Assembly: GCA_942493095.1 (NCBI GenBank) | Contig: OW818675.1 | Location: forward strand, 2,610,001 to 2,642,000 | From: Candidatus Electronema halotolerans | Lineage (GTDB): Bacteria; Desulfobacterota; Desulfobulbia; Desulfobulbales; Desulfobulbaceae | Reading direction: 5' to 3' | DNA: 32,000 bases | In this document: positions 1 to 6,614 of the stretch, piece after piece | Layout: each line of letters begins with the position of its first letter | How positions within the stretch are numbered: position 1 is the stretch's first letter | Position numbers and translations under genes: made by a program | The notes under the pieces: generated by a model | What the model was told of the DNA's origin: nothing | Seen by the model: the letters and a program-made list of their open reading frames with translations, nothing else | The model's database searches: none

Positions 1-463
1 CGCCGTTGATCAGCATGTCAAAACGGGTCTTAACTTTGCTGATCAGTTTGTCCGCCTTCCACGCATCAACGGCCTGCTTGTGTTCCTGCGCGATCTCCCG
101 CCGCAACTTGCCTGCGACAGCTTTGCGCTGTTGAACCTGCACGGAATGCTTTTTCAACTCTGTGCTGATTGATGGCGTGTCAAAGACAACAATCCATTGC
201 GCTTCCTTGTCAGAATCAAGCACAGCCAGCGTTTGACCGTCGCCAGTGTCTGCAACGACTCCTTCAAATTCGCCTTCCGCCCAGTTCCGGTCTTGGGCTT
301 TATCCGCCATCACGGTAATATTCTGCTCTTCTCCCGCCGCTCCTGTCTTGCTGACGACCATTGCCGTCTCATCAGTCTGCGCCGCCGACATCCTGCCTGC
401 CGACAGGAGCAGCACCAGCACGGCTGGCACCATCCATCTGTGTTTCAAGCCTTGGTCTCTCAC
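1..463 (-). CDS. hypothetical secreted protein (N-terminal part; the gene runs off the left edge)
   Basis: It is absent from the ORF track because there is no stop in the window. My hand translation of the minus strand gives 154 uninterrupted codons from GTG 463-461. GGAGGA lies at 473-468, 4 nt upstream; an alternative ATG is at 433-431. The N-terminus ...HRWMVPAVLVLLLSAGRMSAAQ looks like a signal peptide. No family recognised. Confidence 0.5.
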   Translation of the reverse strand, partial: MRDQGLKHRWMVPAVLVLLLSAGRMSAAQTDETAMVVSKTGAAGEEQNITVMADKAQDRNWAEGEFEGVVADTGDGQTLAVLDSDKEAQWIVVFDTPSISTELKKHSVQVQQRKAVAGKLRREIAQEHKQAVDAWKADKLISKVKTRFDMLING

Positions 464-488
464 GACATCCTCCTTTTGATGATTTTTG

Positions 489-521
489 AAAAAAAACAGG
501 CGGAGTCATTTCCTCTGCCTG
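489..521 (-). terminator. possible Rho-independent terminator (minus strand)
   Basis: The plus strand reads A8 (489-496) followed by CAGGCGGAG-tcatttc-CTCTGCCTG. On the minus strand this is a 9-bp stem with one A.C mismatch followed by U8. No convincing upstream minus-strand gene was found for it to terminate. Confidence 0.4.
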
Positions 522-1075
522 TCCGTTGCTCCTTCAGTTAATCTCCTTTGGCAAGCTGTCCCTTGCAGACATCCAACAATCTCTGCGCAACAGCAAAATG
601 TCTGGAGGCTTTGCACTGACACTCCATGAAAGCACCTCATGAAAAACAAATTTCCGGTGAGTGTGAAACACTTTCGCTTGAAAATATTCACCAGTTTTTT
701 GACAATAGAAATCATTTTGCCTACAAGAGCATTCTCTTGCTAAACATTAAGAAAGACTATCTTGGTCTTGGCAGCATTCCGCTATATTTTTACAGAAAAA
801 TCTATTGCCAGCTAAATGTCGATCTGTTCCGATCAGCAGGTTTTTTGATAGAATAATGATGAGGACTTGCTCAGAAGAAAGAAGCCCTCACCAAGATGAA
901 GAAGGTGTTTACTTATTACTCAGCAAGAAACGTGCCATTTTGAATGAAATAATTCTTGACAAAAGATTGGAAATTTGCAATGAGGATATACCCTGTCAAA
1001 TTCAGGCAATAAGCATAAAATAACTAATAATAATTATTACCAATAATATCTTGAAACAGAAAGCGTGCCCTCCAA

Positions 1076-1112
1076 GTGACAAAAAATGTCACCCGCTGAC
1101 AAAAAGCGTCAC
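1076..1112 (+). promoter_or_regulatory. tandem operator-like motif upstream of tkt
   Basis: A perfect palindrome GTGACAAAAAATGTCAC lies at 1076-1092. It is followed 4 nt later by the related TGACAAAAAGCGTCAC at 1097-1112. I cannot match it to a known regulator consensus. Confidence 0.35.
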
Positions 1113-1185
1113 CTGTCCTCCTGCGCTTTCCTGTTGTCTTTCCGTCGCAATCTTTTTATAACCATCTGCACAATCAGCGAACCAG

Positions 1186-1224
1186 CGGGCAGAACAGCCT
1201 GCCCGGCCTCTTTTTTTCCTTTTT
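1186..1224 (+). terminator. terminator/attenuator-like hairpin in the tkt leader
   Basis: CGGGCAG (1186-1192), a 6-nt loop, then CTGCCCG (1199-1205), followed by gcctc, T7, cc and T5. It ends about 15 nt before the tkt start at 1240, whose GGAG is at 1228-1231. Confidence 0.4.
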
Positions 1225-1239
1225 CAATGGAGTTAAACA

Positions 1240-3177
1240 ATGCCTCTGAAGTTCGACCTATCCGCCTCTGACCTCAGTGCGGCGGAGCTGACCACCCTCA
1301 AGGAAATGCGCAGCCGCTGCGCCCGCCGCATCCTGCTTTCAACCAGCCTTGCTGCTTCCGGTCATCCGGGCGGCTCGCTGTCTTCGTTAGACATGCTGCT
1401 GGTGGCTTACGGCATCCTGCGGCATGATCCGAAGAATCCCCGTCTGCCGGAGCGCGACCGCCTTGTAGCCTCTATCGGCCATATTTCGCCAGGCGTGTAT
1501 AGCGTGCTGGCGGAGAACGGCTATTTCAGCGAGGACGACTTTCTTGCAGGCTTCCGGCGTACTGGCTCTGGCTTCCCTGGCCATATTGAGTCCATCGTGC
1601 CGGGTGTGGAGTGGGACACCGGCAATCTTGGCCAAGGGCTGTCCGCTGCCGTGGGCATGGCCCATGCCTTCAAGCTCAAGGGGATGAATAACCGGGTCTT
1701 CTGTCTGATGGGCGACGGCGAGCAGCAGAAAGGCCAGATCACTGAGGCCATCCGCCACGCGGTCAAGTACAAGCTCGACAACCTCACTGTGCTGATCGAC
1801 CGCAACAAGCTGCAAATCTGCGGCAGCACTGAGGACATCATGCCCCAGTGCATGCAGAAGCTCTACGGCGGCTTGGGCTTCAACACGGTTAAGCTGGAGA
1901 ACGGCCACGACTGCAACGCCCTGTACAAGGCCATGCGCGATGCCTACCGCAATATCAGCGGCGTGCCGACCGTGCTCATCGCTCACACCGTCATGGGCAA
2001 GGGAGTTTCCTTTATGGAGAACAAGGCCAAATATCATGGCTCGCCTCTGCCGCCGGACGATCTGGCCAAGGCCCTTGCCGAGCTGGGTGTGGAGAACGAT
2101 TTTGCCCACTGGCAGGCGCGGCGCAAGGAGCCGGTCAGCAGCAAGACCATTATGCCGCCTCGCGCTGACTACCCGCAGGTGCAGGCAGGCGAAGCAATTG
2201 TCTATCCTGCTGACAAGATGACCGATTGCCGTTCAGCCTATGGCAATGCTTTGCAGAGTCTGGCGGAAGCAAACAACCAAGCTGGCCAAGCCCCTAAGAT
2301 CGTCGGCATCTCCTGCGACTTGGAAGGCTCGGTCAAGATGGGCGGCTTTCACAAGCATTCGCCGCAAGCATACTTGGAGTTGGGCATTCAGGAGCACCAT
2401 GCCGCAGGCACTGCCGGGGCCATGAGCTGCGAGAATCTCGTCACCTTTTTCTCCACCTTCGGCTCCTTTGCGGTGTCCGAAGTCTATAACCAGAACCGGC
2501 TCAACGACTTCAACCACACGAGCGTGAAAGTGGTTGCCACCCACGTTGGCTTGGATGTGGGCGAGGACGGCCCGACCCATCAGTGCATTGATTATCTCGG
2601 CCTGATGAAGCACTACTTCCGCTTCTCGGTCTTCATGCCTGCGGATCCCAACCAGACTGACCGCATCATACGGCACATAGCGGTGCAGCCAGGCAACTGC
2701 TTTGTCGGCATGGGCCGCTCTAAAACGCCGACCATCACCAAAGAGGACGGCAGTATTTTTTATGATGCGGACTACGTGTTCCGGCCCGGCAAGGCGGACT
2801 GGCTGCGGCAGGGCGCAGAGGCGACGATCATCACGTATGGCGCGCTCACGCCTGCCTGCATCAAGGCTTGGGAATTGCTGAAAGAGGCGGGCAAGTCAGT
2901 TGCCGTGCTCAACATGGCCTCCCTGCTGCCGCTGGATACGGAAGCGGTGCTGGAAGCTGCCAAGACCGGAGTCATTGTCACGGCTGAGGATCATCATGCG
3001 GAAACTGGCTTAGGCGCGTCCGTGGCTACGACTTTGCTTGATCACGGCCTTGCGCCCAAGCTGAAGCGGCTTGGCGTGCGGCAGTACGGCGGTTCAGGCA
3101 AGCCTGCGGAGCTGTACCAGCAGCAGGGTTTGGATGCGGAGTCCATTGCCAAGGCTGTGCTGGAGCTGCTTGGCTGA
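1240..3177 (+). CDS. tkt: transketolase, single-chain fusion of the split N- and C-terminal type
   Basis: 645-aa ORF. It has the ThDP-binding motifs SGHPGGSLS and GDGEQQKGQ in the N-half, and GEDGPTHQCIDY plus a pyrimidine-binding region in the C-half. GGAG lies 8 nt upstream of the ATG. Confidence 0.88.
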   Translation: MPLKFDLSASDLSAAELTTLKEMRSRCARRILLSTSLAASGHPGGSLSSLDMLLVAYGILRHDPKNPRLPERDRLVASIGHISPGVYSVLAENGYFSEDDFLAGFRRTGSGFPGHIESIVPGVEWDTGNLGQGLSAAVGMAHAFKLKGMNNRVFCLMGDGEQQKGQITEAIRHAVKYKLDNLTVLIDRNKLQICGSTEDIMPQCMQKLYGGLGFNTVKLENGHDCNALYKAMRDAYRNISGVPTVLIAHTVMGKGVSFMENKAKYHGSPLPPDDLAKALAELGVENDFAHWQARRKEPVSSKTIMPPRADYPQVQAGEAIVYPADKMTDCRSAYGNALQSLAEANNQAGQAPKIVGISCDLEGSVKMGGFHKHSPQAYLELGIQEHHAAGTAGAMSCENLVTFFSTFGSFAVSEVYNQNRLNDFNHTSVKVVATHVGLDVGEDGPTHQCIDYLGLMKHYFRFSVFMPADPNQTDRIIRHIAVQPGNCFVGMGRSKTPTITKEDGSIFYDADYVFRPGKADWLRQGAEATIITYGALTPACIKAWELLKEAGKSVAVLNMASLLPLDTEAVLEAAKTGVIVTAEDHHAETGLGASVATTLLDHGLAPKLKRLGVRQYGGSGKPAELYQQQGLDAESIAKAVLELLG

Positions 3178-3218
3178 GAAAGGCGGATTGAGCATCGCTG
3201 TATCGGGCGATGCTCATA

Positions 3219-3332
3219 GAAAACACCGCTCGGTGTTTACTCCAAACACCGAGCGTACTTTTACCTAAACAACGCTCGGTGTTTTTTAAAACTACGGGCG
3301 GTATTTTTTAAAACACCGCTCGTTGATTTTTT
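3219..3332. repeat. about five tandem, degenerate ~22-nt units, consensus AAAACACCGCTCGGTGTTTTTT
   Basis: Units start near 3219, 3244, 3267, 3290 and 3309. The first contains the palindrome AAACACCG-CT-CGGTGTTT (3221-3238). Because the unit is palindromic it reads the same on both strands. Confidence 0.6.
3244..3287 (+). terminator. Rho-independent terminator downstream of tkt
   Basis: AAACACCGAGCG (3244-3255) pairs perfectly with CGCTCGGTGTTT (3273-3284) across a 17-nt loop. The stem runs into T6 (3282-3287). A separate 8-bp hairpin, AGCATCGC/GCGATGCT, lies at 3191-3214. Confidence 0.55.
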
Positions 3333-3427
3333 GCCGCATCGGGTGAATAATGTGGAACTGCACGGTCACGGCCCGCTGCGCCCTGACGGGTTGCGGTAAA
3401 ACGCATCACATTGGTATAACAGAACTT

Positions 3428-3457
3428 TGTAGGGGCGAAAAATTTTTCGCCCCTACA
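3428..3457. repeat. REP-like 30-nt perfect palindrome, copy 1
   Basis: TGTAGGGGCGAAAAA|TTTTTCGCCCCTACA. The 28-nt core GTAGGGGCGAAAAATTTTTCGCCCCTAC recurs identically at 31829-31856. A variant with a different centre lies at 29293-29322. Confidence 0.85.
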
Positions 3458-3476
3458 GGTTGCGGCAAGAACAGGC

Positions 3477-4433
3477 ATGGAGGAACAGGCGATGAGCAAA
3501 AAAGAAGCATTGCGGCTGATTAAAGAGGCTGCGGAGATAGGGGCAACGGAGCTTGGACTGCATCTGCAAGGATTGTTCGAGGTACCGGAAGAGGTCTTTC
3601 AATTAAAGCGTCTTATTAGACTTGGGGTTGGTGGCAATCATCTTGCCTCATTGCCAAGTGAAATTGCACAGCTAAACAATCTTGAGACGCTCTGGCTTGA
3701 CAGTAACCAGTTCGCAAGGAAGGGCATTGCTCTTCCTTTTTTACAGAAAGGTGAGTTTATGGCAAATTTCCTCAACACCAGCAAAATCAATTTCCTGCTG
3801 GAAGAGCTGATTCAGACTGCCAAAGAGGAACTGATCCTGATCAGCCCTTATCTCAAATTCAATGACCGAATGCGGGAGCTACTGCGTGACAAAGGCGGGC
3901 AAGGCTTGGAAATCAATATCGTCTATGGCAAGCAGAATATGAATGCCAATGAAGCTAAGTGGTTGGCCGAACAGCAGCATATCAAAACTCGCTTCTGCAA
4001 AAACTTGCATGCCAAATGTTATCTGAATGAGAATCACTGTATCATTACCAGTATGAATCTCTATGATTTCAGTCAAGTAAATAACAACGAAATGGGCGTG
4101 ACCTTTGCAAGGACGCAGGACAAGCTGCTCTACAGTCAAGCCTATGAGGAAGTGCAGCGGCTGCTCCGCATCAGCGGGAAAAGCACTGAGGTCGGCCCGC
4201 CACAGCAGCAATACAGCAAGTTGACCACTGCCAAGCTGGCCGAGCAGTACGGCAAGTCAAGCAACGAAATGTTTGGCCTGCTGCTGAAGCATGGCTATTT
4301 GGAAATGATCAAGGGCAGCTACGAGCTGACAGAGAAAGGCCGAACAGAGGCTGGCGGCGAGAAAAGGAACGGCAGATATGGCACATATTTCCTTTGGAAG
4401 AAGCCGAAGCCAAAAGAAAAGCCGCAAGGTTGA
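3477..4433 (+). CDS. LRR N-terminus fused in frame to a single-HKD PLD-family (Nuc-like) putative nuclease with a basic C-terminal tail
   Basis: 318-aa ORF.
- The likely first start is ATG 3492, with GGAGGA 6 nt upstream.
- Residues ~25-80 are leucine-rich repeats (LxxLxxLxLxxNxLxSLPxEIxQLxNLxxLxL).
- The HKD motif is LHAKCYLNENHCIITSMNL.
- The C-terminal tail contains GRYGTYFLW followed by KKPKPKEKP.
- A second strong RBS (AAAGGTGAG) sits just before the internal ATG 3759 (MANFLNTSK...). The PLD part may therefore be translated on its own. Confidence 0.7.
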   Translation: MEEQAMSKKEALRLIKEAAEIGATELGLHLQGLFEVPEEVFQLKRLIRLGVGGNHLASLPSEIAQLNNLETLWLDSNQFARKGIALPFLQKGEFMANFLNTSKINFLLEELIQTAKEELILISPYLKFNDRMRELLRDKGGQGLEINIVYGKQNMNANEAKWLAEQQHIKTRFCKNLHAKCYLNENHCIITSMNLYDFSQVNNNEMGVTFARTQDKLLYSQAYEEVQRLLRISGKSTEVGPPQQQYSKLTTAKLAEQYGKSSNEMFGLLLKHGYLEMIKGSYELTEKGRTEAGGEKRNGRYGTYFLWKKPKPKEKPQG

Positions 4434-4446
4434 CGGCAAAATTATT

Positions 4447-4497
4447 GTGGCTTCAGCTTGCAAGCGCAATGCGAAGCCACCACGTTTTGTTTATTTG
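4447..4497. terminator. hairpin between convergent genes, probably a bidirectional terminator
   Basis: GTGGCTTC (4447-4454) pairs with GAAGCCAC (4473-4480). The loop contains the palindrome GCTTGCAAGC. T-rich sequence follows on the plus strand (cacgttttgtttatttg), and aataatttt follows on the minus strand. Confidence 0.5.
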
Positions 4498-4518
4498 AAA
4501 ATCGCTGCGGATGCCTGC

Positions 4519-5394
4519 TCACCAGTGCGGCTGATTGCCGATCCGGTAATTCATCACTTCCAAGGTGTTGCTGATCACCACAAAGGCATTTGGGTCAATG
4601 CTGCGGACAATGCGCTTCAGCGGACCGATTTCCCTGAAGGCAATGACTGCATAGAGGATATGCTCATCACTGCGTTTGTATCCCCCTTCCCCTTTGACAA
4701 TCGTCACGCCGCGCCGGATGTCCTTGAGAATTTCTTGGGAGATTTTTTCCCATTCACGGGAGATGATGACAACAGATTTTCGTTGACTGAGGCCAGTCAC
4801 CACAATATCCATCATCTTTGAGCTGACAAAAACGACAATGATGGTGTAGAGCAGGGCTTCGAGGGAGTAAAATACTGAAATAAGCAGAAGGACAATGCAG
4901 TTAAGCGTCAGGATGGTGCTGCCAATGCTGATGGAGAATCGTTTCAGCAGCATGACAGAAAGGATATCCATGCCGCCCTGCGAACCTGAAGTGCGCAGGC
5001 AGAGACCTGCGCCCGCGCCCTGAAGCACCCCGGCGAGCAAGGCATTAAGCATCTTGTCTTCAATGTTGAAATGGACGAATTTGACAAAAAGCAGGGAAAA
5101 GGTCAAGGTCAAGGTGCCAAGGATGCTGAAAAAGAAAAATCTCCGGCCCACTGACATCCATGCCATGACAAAGAGCGGAATATTGAAGAGAAAATAGATC
5201 AATCCCACGTCAAAGGCCGGGATGATTTTATGAATGATCAGAGCAATTCCGGTGACTCCGCCAGTAAGAAAATTTTGTGGAATCAGGATGCTGTTGGTGG
5301 CGATGGCGCAAAGGGAGCTGCCCATACAGAGCAGGACAACATCGCTGAACAACTGCTGCGGGGAAAGAATAATCGCCTGCGGTTTGGTGTTCAT
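4519..5394 (-). CDS. YitT-family membrane protein (DUF2179 C-terminal domain)
   Basis: 291-aa ORF with multiple hydrophobic helices. The typical soluble C-terminal domain reads ...VTIVKGEGGYKRSDEHILYAVIAFREIGPLKRIV... Confidence 0.8.
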   Translation of the reverse strand: MNTKPQAIILSPQQLFSDVVLLCMGSSLCAIATNSILIPQNFLTGGVTGIALIIHKIIPAFDVGLIYFLFNIPLFVMAWMSVGRRFFFFSILGTLTLTFSLLFVKFVHFNIEDKMLNALLAGVLQGAGAGLCLRTSGSQGGMDILSVMLLKRFSISIGSTILTLNCIVLLLISVFYSLEALLYTIIVVFVSSKMMDIVVTGLSQRKSVVIISREWEKISQEILKDIRRGVTIVKGEGGYKRSDEHILYAVIAFREIGPLKRIVRSIDPNAFVVISNTLEVMNYRIGNQPHW

Positions 5395-5437
5395 AACTGA
5401 TCAGAATGCTGTTCTATTTTCCTGCCAAGACAGGCGA

Positions 5438-5707
5438 TCATGCCGAATCAGCAGTTTGTTTTCCCTGCTGATCCGAGTCCTCGTCGTCCTCATCAGCAGA
5501 AGCCGTGCCGCCGGCCTGCTTCACCAAGGCTTTTTTAATCTTTTTTGCCAAACGCTCATCGTTGAGCAGGGCCTGCATCAGCTTGTCGTCCATATAGGTC
5601 TGATTCTGCGACTGCGAGAACTGGCGCAGCTTCCAGACTAACCAGAGCAGCGACAGAATCAGCAAGGCTATCAGAGCAAAAAAAATAATCCACATCAGAC
5701 CGGCCAT
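5438..5707 (-). CDS. small single-pass membrane protein, hypothetical
   Basis: 89-aa ORF with GGAGA 8 nt upstream of the ATG. It has an N-terminal TM helix (MWIIFFALIALLILSLLWLVW) and an acidic C-terminus. No family recognised. Confidence 0.55.
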   Translation of the reverse strand: MAGLMWIIFFALIALLILSLLWLVWKLRQFSQSQNQTYMDDKLMQALLNDERLAKKIKKALVKQAGGTASADEDDEDSDQQGKQTADSA

Positions 5708-5743
5708 TCATCCATTCTCCAAGATTAGGTTTCAGCAGATATG

Positions 5744-5776
5744 AAAAAAACCCGCTCACCGTTGACCGATGGCGGG
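5744..5776 (-). terminator. terminator after ssrA
   Basis: In the minus sense, GCCCGC...GCGGG is followed by U7 (the plus strand shows A7 at 5744-5750). It lies immediately 3' of the tmRNA CCA end. Confidence 0.5.
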
Positions 5777-5783
5777 CTTGTTC

Positions 5784-6140
5784 TGGTGGAGGTGCCGGGA
5801 GTTGAACCCGGGTCCGAAAATACTCCCCTCCCGTCTCTACATGCTTAGTTCCGGGTTACATCCCGCATTCAGCTCTCACCCGAAACAGAGATTGCTGAAC
5901 GCCCTCCTGCTTTATCTCGCTGTCAGGCCACAGGCCTTCCTGACAGCCAGCCTGAAGAGTCGACGCTTTACTCCGGCCTTACAGGCAGGGGCCGGGAAAG
6001 CGGCACAGCAGCTTACGCTGCCAGTGCGTAATTATAATCGTCTGCGATTATATTTAAGATTCCGTCTTTTTTACGAGCTGACAGAAGGCTCGGCATGCCA
6101 CGGTGAGCTTACATATCCCCGTCGAATCCGTTTCACCCCC
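5784..6140 (-). ncRNA. ssrA: tmRNA (transfer-messenger RNA)
   Basis: The reverse complement starts GGGGGTGAAACGGATTCGACGGGG and ends GGACCCGGGTTCAACTCCCGGCACCTCCACCA. The tag reading frame GCAGACGATTATAATTACGCACTGGCAGCGTAA (6045-6013) encodes ADDYNYALAA*. Confidence 0.95.
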
Positions 6141-6152
6141 AGTATTTTTTCC

Positions 6153-6602
6153 TTATTCACTGCGCCGCAGCGTCCGCTGCATTTCGCGCTCAGATTGCTT
6201 TTCCTTCAAGGCAGCCCGCTTGTCAAACAGCTTCTTGCCCCGGGCAAGGCCAATCTCCACTTTGGCCTTGCCGTTACCTATAAAATATATCTTCAGCGGA
6301 ATAAGCGCAACCCCTTTTTCATTCAGCTTGCCAATCAGCTTGCGGATTTCCTGCCGCTTCAGGAGCAGCTTGCGCACCCGCAGCGGGTCCGTCGGGGCAT
6401 TCGTGGTGAACGAATACGGTGAGATATGAATATTGTACAGATACACCTCGCCGTTTTTCACATTGGCATAGCCGTCTTTGAGATTGGCCCTGCCTGCCCG
6501 CAGGGATTTGACTTCCGGCCCTTTGAGGACTATGCCTGCCTCCATTGTTTTGTCAATATGATACTCATGGAAGGCTTTTTTGTTTTTGCAGACGATCTTC
6601 AT
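6153..6602 (-). CDS. smpB: SsrA-binding protein SmpB
   Basis: 149-aa ORF with typical SmpB sequence ([11 protein letters not shown]..., [13 protein letters not shown], ...[23 protein letters not shown]). It ends 12 nt upstream of the tmRNA 5' end. Confidence 0.93.
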   Translation of the reverse strand: MKIVCKNKKAFHEYHIDKTMEAGIVLKGPEVKSLRAGRANLKDGYANVKNGEVYLYNIHISPYSFTTNAPTDPLRVRKLLLKRQEIRKLIGKLNEKGVALIPLKIYFIGNGKAKVEIGLARGKKLFDKRAALKEKQSEREMQRTLRRSE

Positions 6603-6614
6603 GCCTGTTTTCGC

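Noticed and set aside
197-541. 114-aa plus-strand ORF (and 246-479) at the left end
   Set aside because: The opposite strand carries an uninterrupted frame that reaches the window edge, with an SD, a start codon and a signal-peptide-like N-terminus. The plus-strand products look like shadow ORFs.
506-1023. Short ORFs in the AT-rich region: 506-715 minus, 626-856 plus and 805-1023 plus
   Set aside because: None has a Shine-Dalgarno sequence. They overlap each other, and their sequences are Cys-, Phe- and Ile-rich as expected from random AT-rich DNA. They are kept only as a non-coding curiosity in the findings.
3219-3332. Could the tandem ~22-nt repeats be a small CRISPR array?
   Set aside because: The units are contiguous, with no unique spacers of comparable length. 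They are degenerate, and no cas genes are nearby.
4378-4821. 147-aa plus-strand ORF overlapping the 3' part of the YitT gene
   Set aside because: It is antisense to a well-supported membrane-protein gene and starts inside the upstream CDS and terminator region. No motifs were found.
3178-5783. Possible genomic island integrated at the 3' end of ssrA. The lower-G+C block next to the tmRNA 3' end contains the PLD nuclease.
   Set aside because: There is no integrase or recombinase gene, and I could find no direct repeat of the tmRNA 3' end (..GGGTTCAACTCCCGGCACCTCCACCA) anywhere between 3178 and 5783. YitT is an ordinary housekeeping-type gene. The composition difference alone is not enough.
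5769-6422. 217-aa plus-strand ORF (and 6103-6429)
   Set aside because: It overlaps the tmRNA gene and smpB on the opposite strand, and the tmRNA ends and tag frame are unambiguous.
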